From the NCBI GenBank assembly GCA_046328155.1, contig JAXLXC010000001.1:69222-133221 (forward strand): a stretch of 64,000 bases of DNA, read 5' to 3'. The stretch comes from Chloroflexota bacterium. GTDB lineage: Bacteria; Chloroflexota; Limnocylindria; Limnocylindrales; CSP1-4. The position numbers and the translations under genes were made by a program. The notes under the pieces were generated by a model. It saw nothing but the letters and a program-made list of their open reading frames with translations, was not told where the DNA came from and did not search any database. Of the stretch, positions 45,742 through 54,748 are shown piece after piece; the first letter of the stretch is position 1; each line of letters opens with the position of its first letter.

Positions 45742-46716
45742 ATGCGCATCCTGGTCACCGGCGGTGCCGGCTATGTCGGCGCCGTCACTGTCGAGCGGCT
45801 GGTGGACGCGGGTCACGAGGTCACCATCCTGGACAGCCTCGCGACGGGGCATGCGTACGCCGCGGAGGCCCGGGCCACGTTCGTGGAGGGGAGCCTCGGC
45901 GACCAGGGGCTCATGGAGCGGGTGCTGGCGGAGCGATCGGTCGAGGCCGTGCTCCACTGCGGCGCGCGCTCCCTGGTCGGCCAGTCCATGAGCGACCCGG
46001 CGCTGTACTACCACGAGAACGTCATGGGCGGAATCCGGCTGCTCGACGCCATGCTCGCCGCGGGCGTGGACCGGATCGTGTTCTCGTCCACCGCTGCGAC
46101 CTATGGCGAGCCCGAGCGCGTGCCGCTGCTGGAGTCCGACCCCACGCGCCCGGTCAACACGTATGGCGCCACCAAGCTGGCGTTCGAGGGGGCGATGCGC
46201 TGGTACGGGATCCATGGCCTGCGGTCCATGGCGCTGCGCTACTTCAACGTGGCCGGCGCCAGCGACCGTCACGGCGAGGACCACGACCCGGAGACCCATC
46301 TCATCCCCAACCTGCTCAAGGCCGCCCGCGCCGGCCAGGCGGCGACCCTGTTCGGGGACGACTACCCCACCCCGGACGGCACGCCCATCCGCGACTACAT
46401 CCACGTGCTCGACCTCGCCGACGCGCACCTGCTGGCGCTGGAGTGGACCGGCTCGGCGCCGTCGGGCGCGGCCGAGCTGCTCAACCTGGGCTCGGGCGGC
46501 GGGTTCTCGGTCCGCGAGGTGCTGGCTGCGGCCGACCACGTCGTCGGCAGCCCCATCCCGGTGACCATCGGCCCCCGCCGGGCCGGCGACCCGCCCGTGC
46601 TCGTGGCCGCCATCGACAAGGCGCGGGAGGTGCTGGGCTGGACCCCCCGACGCAGTCACCTGCCCGAGATGATCGGCTCCGCCTGGGCGTGGGAGCAGCG
46701 CCGACCGTTGGCCTGA
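45742..46716 (+). CDS. galE: UDP-glucose 4-epimerase
   Basis: The Rossmann motif GGAGYVG, FSSTAATYG, and the catalytic YGATK. 324 aa. Confidence 0.9.
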   Translation: MRILVTGGAGYVGAVTVERLVDAGHEVTILDSLATGHAYAAEARATFVEGSLGDQGLMERVLAERSVEAVLHCGARSLVGQSMSDPALYYHENVMGGIRLLDAMLAAGVDRIVFSSTAATYGEPERVPLLESDPTRPVNTYGATKLAFEGAMRWYGIHGLRSMALRYFNVAGASDRHGEDHDPETHLIPNLLKAARAGQAATLFGDDYPTPDGTPIRDYIHVLDLADAHLLALEWTGSAPSGAAELLNLGSGGGFSVREVLAAADHVVGSPIPVTIGPRRAGDPPVLVAAIDKAREVLGWTPRRSHLPEMIGSAWAWEQRRPLA

Positions 46717-46742
46717 CCGCCATATATGGCTATGCTGTGCCC

Positions 46743-47051
46743 ATGAAGCGCACCACGGTGATGCTCGACGAAGCCGCCTATGCGGAGCTCGAGTCCTACG
46801 CACGTCGGGACGGCCTGTCGACGGGCCGCCTGATCCGGGATGCCATGGAGCTGTACCTCACCGAGCGCGAGCGGCAGGACGCCGGCGCGCCTACCCCCCT
46901 GCCCTCGTTCGTGGGCATGGTCGATGACCCGTCCGTCCAGGGCGAGGATGTCGAGGACTTCCTCGCGGCGTGGCTGCCCAGCCACGAGGAGGGGGAGCGA
47001 ACCGCCGGATCGCCACCGGCGCAGGGAGACCACCGTGCCGGTGGTGGTTGA
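46743..47051 (+). CDS. Ribbon-helix-helix (CopG-like) antitoxin
   Basis: MKRTTVMLDEAAYAELESYARRDGLSTGRLIRDAMELYL. The 3' end overlaps the PIN gene start by 17 nt. Confidence 0.7.
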   Translation: MKRTTVMLDEAAYAELESYARRDGLSTGRLIRDAMELYLTERERQDAGAPTPLPSFVGMVDDPSVQGEDVEDFLAAWLPSHEEGERTAGSPPAQGDHRAGGG

Positions 47052-47448
47052 CACGAGCGCGGTCATCGCGATGTACAACCGTGGGGACCGCTGGCACGAG
47101 GCGACCGTCCGCACGCTCAGTCGCGAGCGGTCTGCGGTCTATGTGCCGCAATCCGTGGTCACGGAGTCCGGCCTCCGTGCGAGCGCGTCCTGGACGTCCG
47201 ACCGGGTGGCCATGCTGATCCGTGGCATCACGTCCAGCGCGTGGCGCACGGAGTGCCTCACCGACGAGGACCTGGAGCGGACCGCGGAGATCCTCGACGC
47301 CTATCGCGACAGCCGGATCGACCTCGTCGACGCATCGGTGGTCGCCGTCGCCGAGCGTCTCAGGGCGACGCGCATCTACACCCTCGATCGTCGGGACTTC
47401 TCGATCGTGCGACCACGCCACATCGGCGCGTTCGAGCTGCTGCCCTGA
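47035..47448 (+). CDS. vapC: PIN-domain toxin (VapC-like)
   Basis: GTG start. VVVDTSAVIAM supplies the first Asp, ..VTESG.. follows, and ..DLVDASVVAVAERL...TLDRRDF supplies the C-terminal acidic residues. Confidence 0.75.
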   Translation: MPVVVDTSAVIAMYNRGDRWHEATVRTLSRERSAVYVPQSVVTESGLRASASWTSDRVAMLIRGITSSAWRTECLTDEDLERTAEILDAYRDSRIDLVDASVVAVAERLRATRIYTLDRRDFSIVRPRHIGAFELLP

Positions 47449-48140
47449 TGGCCGCCCAGGCGATCCCCGACGACCCACTCGAGTGGCGGCCGCAGCTGCC
47501 GCTCGTGACGCGCGTCCCGGTGCGCATCGCCGACCCCATCGTGGAGCCCCTGTGGACGGGCGAGCGGGTGCTGGCCCACGTCGACCGACCTACCGGCGAC
47601 CCGCCACGCGTGCGGCTCATCGACCGGTTCGGCATCGACCTGGCGCCCGTGGACGCGGACGTCGCGACCGCCGTGGGGGCAGCCACCCTCGCGCAGGACG
47701 CGGTCCTGGACGGCGTGCTCACCGGCGAGGCGACCCGGGACGGCGTGGGGACCGCGATCGTGCCGGAGGCGCATCGACCGCTCGCCAGCGTCCTGCTGGG
47801 CTCCGCGGGAGGCGAGCCCGGCGTGACGGTGAGCCGTCGCGCCGATGGTCCCGCCGACGGGGCGGAGGCGTTCGTGGCCGTCGACCTGCTGCGTCTCGAT
47901 GGCCAGTCGCTGCTGGAGGTGCCCCTGCTCGAGCGTCGCAGGCTGCTGGAGAGCGTCCTGGCGCAGGGTCCGCTGGTGCGGGTCTCCGTCCTGTGCCGAC
48001 CGCCCATCGACCCGTGGGTCGCCACGTGGCAGGCCTCCGGCCTCCGGGGCGGCATGCTCAAGGCCGCCAACGGCCGCTACGTGCCGGGCGACCGTACCCC
48101 CGAGTGGCGCGAGGTGACCAAGCTGGCGAGCCGGCGCTAG
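47448..48140 (+). CDS. ATP-dependent DNA ligase adenylation-domain-like protein lacking the motif I lysine
   Basis: The ATG overlaps the PIN stop (TGATG). EPLWTGERVLA sits where EPKxDGxR is expected. Motifs III/IIIa (LDGVLTGE, FVAVDLLRLDGQSLLEVPLLERRRLLE), IV (GGMLKA) and V (WREVTK) are recognisable. There is no OB domain. Confidence 0.7.
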   Translation: MAAQAIPDDPLEWRPQLPLVTRVPVRIADPIVEPLWTGERVLAHVDRPTGDPPRVRLIDRFGIDLAPVDADVATAVGAATLAQDAVLDGVLTGEATRDGVGTAIVPEAHRPLASVLLGSAGGEPGVTVSRRADGPADGAEAFVAVDLLRLDGQSLLEVPLLERRRLLESVLAQGPLVRVSVLCRPPIDPWVATWQASGLRGGMLKAANGRYVPGDRTPEWREVTKLASRR

Positions 48141-48280
48141 GACGACGTCGCGGATGGCGGGCGCGCAGGCGAGGGCCGCCCTGGCCATCGGCCTGGATCT
48201 GGCCGCCGGGGGTGACCCGCGCCGCGCGCTGCAAGGTCCCCGCAAGGCGCCCGACGCGCGACGTCCGGTATGGTGGGGTC

Positions 48281-49642
48281 ATGGCCGAACAGCGAACGGG
48301 CGGCGTGGCCCGCGGGACGTCCAGCCTGCCGAAGGCGCTCCAGGAGGCCGTCGACCGCGTCGGCTCCGCGGACATCATGGTGGGCATCCCCAGCTTCCGG
48401 AACGCCGCCACCATCGGGCACGTGGCTCGGGCCGCGCAGGCGGGCCTCGTCCAGTACTTCCCGGACCTGCGCCCCGTGCTCGTCAACGCGGATGCCGGCT
48501 CCCCCGACGGGACCCAACGGGTGGTCGTGGAGACGGAGCCGCCCGACTATGTCGAGCGCATCCTCCTCGTGCGTCCCCGCAACAAGCTCCAGCGGATCAG
48601 CCTCACGTATCCCGAGGTGGATGGCGTGGGCGGCAAGGGCGCCGCGCTGCGGACCATCTTCCAGATCGCGGATGCGCTCGGGGTCCAGGCGCTCGTGGTC
48701 GTGGACTCGGACCTGCGCTCCATCGTCCCGGAATGGATCGAGCTGCTGGCCGGGCCCATCGTCAAGGGCGGCTTCGACTTCGTGGCGCCGCTCTACTCGC
48801 GCTACAAGTGGGACGGCACCATCACCAACACGGTCACCTACCCGTTCACCAGGTCGCTCTACGGGCTGCGCATCCGCCAGCCCATCGGGGGCGACTTCGG
48901 GGTCAGTGGCGACCTGGTGCGCCACTACCTCGCGCAGGCCGACTGGACGCCCGATGTCAGCAAGTTCGGGGTCGACATCTGGATGACCACGACCGCCATC
49001 ACGGGCGGCTTCGCGGTGTGCCAGGCGCGCCTCGGCGCCAAGGTCCACGACCCCAAGGACCCGGGCTCCGACCTGGGGCCGATGTTCAGCCAGGTGGTGG
49101 GCACGCTGCTGCGCCTGACCGACGCCCACGCGACCGACTGGCTGGACGTGCGCGGCTCCCACGATGTGCCGGCCTATGGCTTCGAGCGATTCGCGGACCC
49201 GCCGCCGCTGGACATCAACGTGGTCCGCCTGCTCGACGAGCTGGTGCGTGGGCGGACGACCTCCGGGGAGGCGTGGGCGACGATGCTCGCGCCGCGCACC
49301 CGGGAGTCGCTCGAGCAGGTCGTCGCGGACGCGTCGCGCGAGCTGGACGCCCTGTCCCGCGCCGACGCCCCGACCGCCATCGAGGATGCCACGTTCGCGT
49401 TCCCCGACGAGCTGTGGGCCAACGTCGTGGCTGACGTCGCCGTCGCGGCGCATCGGGGCGTGCCCATCGGGACGCTCGTGCCCGCCCTCGTGCCGCTCTA
49501 CTTCGGACGGGTCGCGGGCCTGGTCATCGAGACCTGGGACATGACCACCCAGCAGGCCGAGTCGGTCGTGGAGCGCCAGGCACGCGCCTTCGAGCTGGCC
49601 AAGCCACGACTGGTCCGGCACTGGCGGGAGACGGCCTCGTGA
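48281..49642 (+). CDS. GT-A-fold glycosyltransferase-like protein (candidate partner enzyme of GpgS)
   Basis: DIMVGIPSFRNAATIGHVA.., VVVDSDLRSI (DxD-like). The stop overlaps the GTG start of the gpgS fusion gene (GTGA). The family assignment is tentative. Confidence 0.7.
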   Translation: MAEQRTGGVARGTSSLPKALQEAVDRVGSADIMVGIPSFRNAATIGHVARAAQAGLVQYFPDLRPVLVNADAGSPDGTQRVVVETEPPDYVERILLVRPRNKLQRISLTYPEVDGVGGKGAALRTIFQIADALGVQALVVVDSDLRSIVPEWIELLAGPIVKGGFDFVAPLYSRYKWDGTITNTVTYPFTRSLYGLRIRQPIGGDFGVSGDLVRHYLAQADWTPDVSKFGVDIWMTTTAITGGFAVCQARLGAKVHDPKDPGSDLGPMFSQVVGTLLRLTDAHATDWLDVRGSHDVPAYGFERFADPPPLDINVVRLLDELVRGRTTSGEAWATMLAPRTRESLEQVVADASRELDALSRADAPTAIEDATFAFPDELWANVVADVAVAAHRGVPIGTLVPALVPLYFGRVAGLVIETWDMTTQQAESVVERQARAFELAKPRLVRHWRETAS

Positions 49643-51540
49643 ACCCGCGTGGCAGCCTCCCGCAGCGGATCGTCATCCCGCTCGCCAACCCCCGGACCGC
49701 CGCGGACCTGGTGCGCATCGGCGCGGCGCTCGTGGCGCCCGGTGGAACGCTCACGGCGCTCTCGATCGTGGAGGTCCCGGAGGGGATGCCGCTGTCCGAG
49801 GGCGCCACGCGGGCGCGCCAGGCGCGCCGCCTCCTCCAGCGGGTGCTCGAGTTCACCCCCGACGGCGTGGACCTGCGGACCGTGGTGCGAATCGGGCGAC
49901 GCGCCCCCGAGGGCATCGTGGAGCTGGCCGCCGAGGACGAGGCGGACCTCGTGATCTTCGGCTGGGGCGGCCGGCCGGCGGGCCGCCAGGACGAGGGCGA
50001 GGTGTTCAGCCCGACCATCGACGAGGTCCTGCGGGACGCCCCCTGCGACATCGCGGTGGTCAAGCAGCGCGGCATCGCCGAGGTGCGTCGGATCGTGGTG
50101 CCGGTGCGCGGCGGGCCGCATGCGGACCTCGCGCTGCGCTTCGCGTCGGCGCTGGGCCGCAGCTTCGGCGCGGAGGTGGACGCGATCCACGTCGTGGCGC
50201 CGGACCTCGACCCGCTGCTTCGCGCGCAGACCGAGCGGGCGCTCGCGATGCTGGTCCGCCAGCAGGGCGGCGACGGTCCCCAGGCACGCATCGTCGAGGG
50301 CACGGACGTCGGCGCGGCGCTCCTCGCCGAGGCGGCGGGCTCGGAGCTCGTGGTGATGGGCGCCAGCGCCCCGGCGGGCATGGACGGCTCCCCCTTCGGC
50401 CAGCTGCCCGACACGGTCGCGCAGGGCGGTGCCGGGCCGACCGTCATCGTGGTGCGCACCCGCGAGGTGCCCAACAGCCAGACCTTCGAGCAGCGCGCCG
50501 CGCAGGCCGAGACGATGGAGGCGGCGGAGCGTGCCGCGTCCACCGGCCGGAGCGTGCCCGCGCGGGTCGACCGCTGGTTCGCGGAGTCGAGCTTCCATCA
50601 CCAGGAGTTCGGTGACCTGCGGCGCCTGATGGCGCTCAAGGAGCAGCAGGGCGTCACCATCTCGGCGGTCCTGCCGACGCTCAACGAGGCCGAGACGGTC
50701 GGCCAGATCGTGCGCCTCGCGCGGACCGAGCTGATGGAGAAGGTCCCCTTCCTCGACGAGCTGCTGGTCATCGACTCCGACTCCGAGGACGACACCCGGG
50801 AGCTGGCCGAGGCCGAGGGCGCGCGGGTGGTGCGGCATGCCGACGTCCTGTCGCGCTACGGCTCCTACCGAGGCAAGGGCGAGGCGCTCTGGAAGTCGCT
50901 GTACGAGACCACCGGGGACCTGGTGGTGTGGTCGGACACGGACATCCGCGACTGGCACCCGCGCTTCCTCTACGGCACCGTCGGGCCACTCCTGGTGGAG
51001 CCCCGGATCGGCTATGTCAAGGCGTTCTACCAGCGACCCATCGTGGAGGGCGGGCAGCTCAAGGAGGGCGGTGGCGGGCGTGTCACGGAGCTCGTGGCGC
51101 GACCCCTCATCAACCTGTTCTTCCCGGAGCTGTCGGGCTACATCCAGCCGCTGTCGGGGGAGTACGCGGGCCGGCGCGAGCACCTCGAGCGGATCCCGTT
51201 CTTCACGGGCTATGCCGTGGAGATCGGCCATCTCATCGACCTCGTGGACCGGCTCGGCCTCAACGGCCTGGGCCAGGTGGACCTGGACATCCGGATCCAT
51301 CGGAACCAGGAGCTGGAGGGGCTGTCCCGCATGAGCTTCGTCATCCTCCAGGCGGTCATGAAGCGCCTCGAGGAGCGGCGACGCGCCCGGCTGTTCGCGG
51401 AGCTCGGCTCGACCATGAAGCTGCCCCGCTCCGGGCCCAACGAGCTGTCGCTGGAGGTCATCGAGCTGGCGGACGCGGAGCGGCCACCCATGGTGCGCAT
51501 CCCGGAGTACCGCGAGAGGCGCGGCGTGACCGACCAGTGA
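49639..51540 (+). CDS. gpgS: Tandem universal-stress-protein domains fused to glucosyl-3-phosphoglycerate synthase (GT81)
   Basis: The N-terminal ~300 aa are two USP-like units (..LVIFGWGGR.., ..LVVMGASAP..). The C-terminal ~320 aa carry GpgS signatures: ISAVLPTLNEAETVG, VIDSDSEDDT, GKGEALWKSL, WSDTDI, GGGRVTELVARPLINL, QPLSGEYAG and GYAVEIGHLIDL. Confidence 0.8.
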   Translation: MNPRGSLPQRIVIPLANPRTAADLVRIGAALVAPGGTLTALSIVEVPEGMPLSEGATRARQARRLLQRVLEFTPDGVDLRTVVRIGRRAPEGIVELAAEDEADLVIFGWGGRPAGRQDEGEVFSPTIDEVLRDAPCDIAVVKQRGIAEVRRIVVPVRGGPHADLALRFASALGRSFGAEVDAIHVVAPDLDPLLRAQTERALAMLVRQQGGDGPQARIVEGTDVGAALLAEAAGSELVVMGASAPAGMDGSPFGQLPDTVAQGGAGPTVIVVRTREVPNSQTFEQRAAQAETMEAAERAASTGRSVPARVDRWFAESSFHHQEFGDLRRLMALKEQQGVTISAVLPTLNEAETVGQIVRLARTELMEKVPFLDELLVIDSDSEDDTRELAEAEGARVVRHADVLSRYGSYRGKGEALWKSLYETTGDLVVWSDTDIRDWHPRFLYGTVGPLLVEPRIGYVKAFYQRPIVEGGQLKEGGGGRVTELVARPLINLFFPELSGYIQPLSGEYAGRREHLERIPFFTGYAVEIGHLIDLVDRLGLNGLGQVDLDIRIHRNQELEGLSRMSFVILQAVMKRLEERRRARLFAELGSTMKLPRSGPNELSLEVIELADAERPPMVRIPEYRERRGVTDQ

Positions 51541-53135
51541 CCCGCGTCCTCGTGGCACCCGACTCCTACAAGGGGTCCATGACCTCCGTCGTGGTGGCCC
51601 GGGCGCTCGCCGATGGCTGGTCGCGCGGCCGGCCGGCCGACGAGGTCTCGCTGGCGCCCCTGGCGGACGGGGGCGAGGGCACCCTCGATGCGGTGGCCGC
51701 AGCCGGTGGTTGGGCCTCGCTCCCCGCGGCGGCACGGGACCCGCTCATGCGACCCATCGATGCGCGATTCCTGCGCCAGGGGCCACGGGCCGTGGTGGAG
51801 CTGGCGGCCGCGTCGGGGCTGTCGCTCGTGGCCCGCGACGAGCGCGATGCCGATGTCGCCACCACGTTCGGGACCGGCCAGGTGCTGGCCGCCGCGATCG
51901 GGCTCGGCTGCACCGAGGTCGTGCTGGGGTTGGGTGGCTCGGCGACGACCGACGGCGGCTCCGGGCTGCTGGTCGCGCTGGGTGCCCGCCTGCTCGACGC
52001 CGCCGGCGATGAGCTGCCCATGGGCGGTGCGGCGCTCGCCGACCTCGCGACCATCGACCTGTCGGACCTCTCGCCCATCCTCGCCGAGGTCCACCTGACC
52101 GTGGCGTCCGATGTCTCGAACCCGCTCTTGGGCGAGCTCGGCGCCGCAGCGGTCTACGGCCCCCAGAAGGGGCTCGACGAGGCCGGCGCGGCACGCCTCG
52201 ACGCGGCGCTCGCACACTACGCCGACGTGCTGGAGGCGACGGTCGGGCGGCCGGTGCGCGATGTGCCGGGTGCCGGCGCGGCGGGCGGCACCACGGCGGC
52301 GCTGCTGGCCATCGCCGACCGGTTCGCATCCTTCGAGATCCGCCCCGGCGTCGACGTGATCATGGAGCTGACCGACTTCGACGGGCGTCTGGCCGAGTCG
52401 GACCTGGTGCTGACCGGCGAGGGACGCGTGGACGCGCAGACCGCGTTCGGCAAGACCGCGCTGGGGGTCGCACGACGGGCCCAGGGGGCAGGCGTGGCGT
52501 GCGTGTGCGTCGGTGGCTCGGTCACGCCGGAGGGGACCGCCGCCCTCCTGGAGGTCGGCGCGGCGAGCATGCCGGTGGTGGAGGGTCCCACGACCGTGGA
52601 GGAGGCGATGGCCGCCGGCCCGGCGCCCGTCGAGCGAGCCGCCGAGCGACTGGCGCGCATCTGGAGTCTGCGTCCGACGGCGGTGCCTGATGCGGCGTCG
52701 GGCGGTGGCGCTGGTCCTGGGAGGCATCGTGGCCCTGGGTGCATCGCCACCTGCCGCGCCCTCGTCCGACGCCTCGCCGTCCCCGGCCGAGGCCATCCTC
52801 CGCGCCAGGGTCAACCCATCGGGTCCAGCCACCTTCGCGTCGGCGGCCGCGTTCTCGCTGACTCGCTCGACACGGGCATCCACCTGGTGCGGGCGGCATC
52901 GTGGACACGCTCGACCTCGGCACTCCTGCTCAGCGACGCCGGCGTGACCCTGGCCGCGCCACCCGAGCTGCGGGCGTCCGTGCGGGTCGATGCCGCCCCG
53001 ACGACGCTGGCCTCGAGTCGCCGTGCTGGGGCACCCCGGACCCGACGGCCGAGATCGCCGGACTGGTGGATGGCACGCGATGACGGACCTGGGGCCCTGG
53101 GCCCGCCCACGCGGTCGCCACCCATGCCCAGATGA
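51537..53135 (+). CDS. Glycerate kinase (homology ends near 52670; the ORF then reads on for about 150 aa with no stop)
   Basis: The GTG overlaps the gpgS stop. VLVAPDSYKGS, PLADGGEGT, GLGGSATTDGGSG, GPQKG, GAGAAGG and LTGEGRVD are glycerate kinase family motifs. The tail after ..AERLARIWSL is Arg/Pro-rich and not protein-like. Confidence 0.8.
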   Translation: MTRVLVAPDSYKGSMTSVVVARALADGWSRGRPADEVSLAPLADGGEGTLDAVAAAGGWASLPAAARDPLMRPIDARFLRQGPRAVVELAAASGLSLVARDERDADVATTFGTGQVLAAAIGLGCTEVVLGLGGSATTDGGSGLLVALGARLLDAAGDELPMGGAALADLATIDLSDLSPILAEVHLTVASDVSNPLLGELGAAAVYGPQKGLDEAGAARLDAALAHYADVLEATVGRPVRDVPGAGAAGGTTAALLAIADRFASFEIRPGVDVIMELTDFDGRLAESDLVLTGEGRVDAQTAFGKTALGVARRAQGAGVACVCVGGSVTPEGTAALLEVGAASMPVVEGPTTVEEAMAAGPAPVERAAERLARIWSLRPTAVPDAASGGGAGPGRHRGPGCIATCRALVRRLAVPGRGHPPRQGQPIGSSHLRVGGRVLADSLDTGIHLVRAASWTRSTSALLLSDAGVTLAAPPELRASVRVDAAPTTLASSRRAGAPRTRRPRSPDWWMARDDGPGALGPPTRSPPMPR

Positions 53136-53400
53136 CCCGCGGCGACGGCGCCGCGACTTCCCGGCTCGGCGAGTGGGCACTCACGGTCAAGGTGGTGCCC
53201 TCGTCGATGGCGTCGCCCAGCCGGCCCTGTACGTGCGCGATGACTTCGAGGTCGCCTACGACCCGAGCGAGGCGCCGACCCGCCTGCTGCTCACCGTGAC
53301 CCGCTTCTGCGGCCTCGCGTCGGAGGTGGTGCACGAACAGGGCGAGGCTGACGCCCGCGCCCTGGCGATCGGTCAGCGGGGATCCGCCGACCCTCGACGG
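52690..53400 (+). pseudogene. Frameshifted lipoprotein/secreted-protein-like gene remnant
   Basis: The ATG at 52690 sits in a TGATG context, followed by the signal-like MRRRAVALVLGGIVALGASPP. Protein-like segments continue in all three plus-strand frames (..ADSLDTGIHLVRAA.., ..WGTPDPTAEIAGLVDG.., ..ALYVRDDFEVAYDPSEAPTRLLLTVTRF..). The boundaries are approximate. Confidence 0.35.
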
Positions 53401-53406
53401 CGTGAG

Positions 53407-54748
53407 TCAGCGGGCGGCGGGGAGTGCTCCGGCCGCCCGCTGCTGGTGCTCAGGGCACGATTGGGATGTGGGCCGCCAGTCGGCCCAGTTGGCCAGCCAC
53501 GGCTGGGTGGTCTTGTCGCCCGTGTCCGGCCGATGAGATAGCCTACCCTGTCCGCGACCCGCAATTGCAAGGATGAGCGCCTGCTGTCCGGCGACCAGAT
53601 GGCCGGGCATCGCGTTGGGGTCCTCCTCCGGCTTCGTCGAGACCGGCGGTCGCGAGCCATCAAGGGTCAGCGATTGCCATCTGCGCGTGTCGCCCTTCAC
53701 GATGACCATCGATAGACGCGCGCCGTCCGGCGAGAACCAGGCGCCATCCTCGTAATCAGAGGTCGGCGAGAACTCGACGACGCGGTCATCCGAGCCATCC
53801 GCGTTCATCACGGTTGCGGGTGTCGGGGCCTCCGGAATGCCCGACGCCCTGTCCTTCGGCGCTTGGCCTTGGACGTAGGCCATCTGCGACCCATCCGGAC
53901 GAGAACGTGGGCTCCATGAGGTCGCTGTTCCCGCGAATACCGGCATAGAACGCCGAGGTCGTGTCGGAGATCGCACGTCTTCGCCGACCACGCCGTCCGG
54001 GAGCGACACGGGGAACAGGCCGTCCCATCAGGTGCGCCCATCCGGACCAGCAACGACTGACCGTCCGGGTACCACGCGACTGCGCTCACCGGATGGCCCA
54101 GCTCGAACGTCCGCAGCGGCCCGCCGTCAGCTGAGACGAGCGAGACGGACGGCGTCTGGCCGACCTTCGACACGATGGCGATGGTCGCGCCGTCCGGTGA
54201 CCACCAGGCCGTGCTGAGCCCCACCAGCGGGTCTGGGCCGACGTCGTGGACATCGGTGCCATCGGCATCCGCCACCGCGATCGCCTGGCCGAGTCCCACC
54301 GTGGACGTCCGAATACGATCCTCGTGCCGTCGGGCGACCAGTCGGGACCGTCCACATCCCAGGGCCTCCGGATCAGCACACGTGGCTCGCTGCCATCCGG
54401 GTCGACGACCCAGAGGTCGCCGTCCTTGGCCCACGCGATGAGGCCGTTGCGGAACTCGCAGCGCCACCGCGGGCAGGGACCGGGTGCCGAACAGCAGTGG
54501 CACGCTCATCGCCGCGATGAGCAGGAGCAGCAGCGCCAGCACGATCGCGAGCAGCCCGCAGGGCATTGCGAGCGCCGGGCGCCGAAGGGTCAGTTCCATG
54601 GGGAGCCACCTTCGAGGCTGGCCCAGGCCGGCCGCTGCCGGGTTCGCCGGCCCGCGCTGCACCTCGCCCAGATAGGCGGGGGCGGCGGGGACCACGAGTC
54701 GTCGGGCCAGGCGGCGAGCATCCGGTCGAGTCGGTCGCGCTCGTTCAT
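53407..54748 (-). pseudogene. Anti-sigma factor with a TolB-like beta-propeller ectodomain, multiply frameshifted
   Basis: The start MNERDRLDRMLAAW overlaps the sigma stop. A TM helix follows (LLAIVLALLLLLIAAM). Repeated blades (..DWSPDGTRIVFG.., ..AWWSPDGATIAIVS.., ..VAWYPDGQSLL.., ..AWFSPDGARLS..) are spread over three reading frames. Confidence 0.55.
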
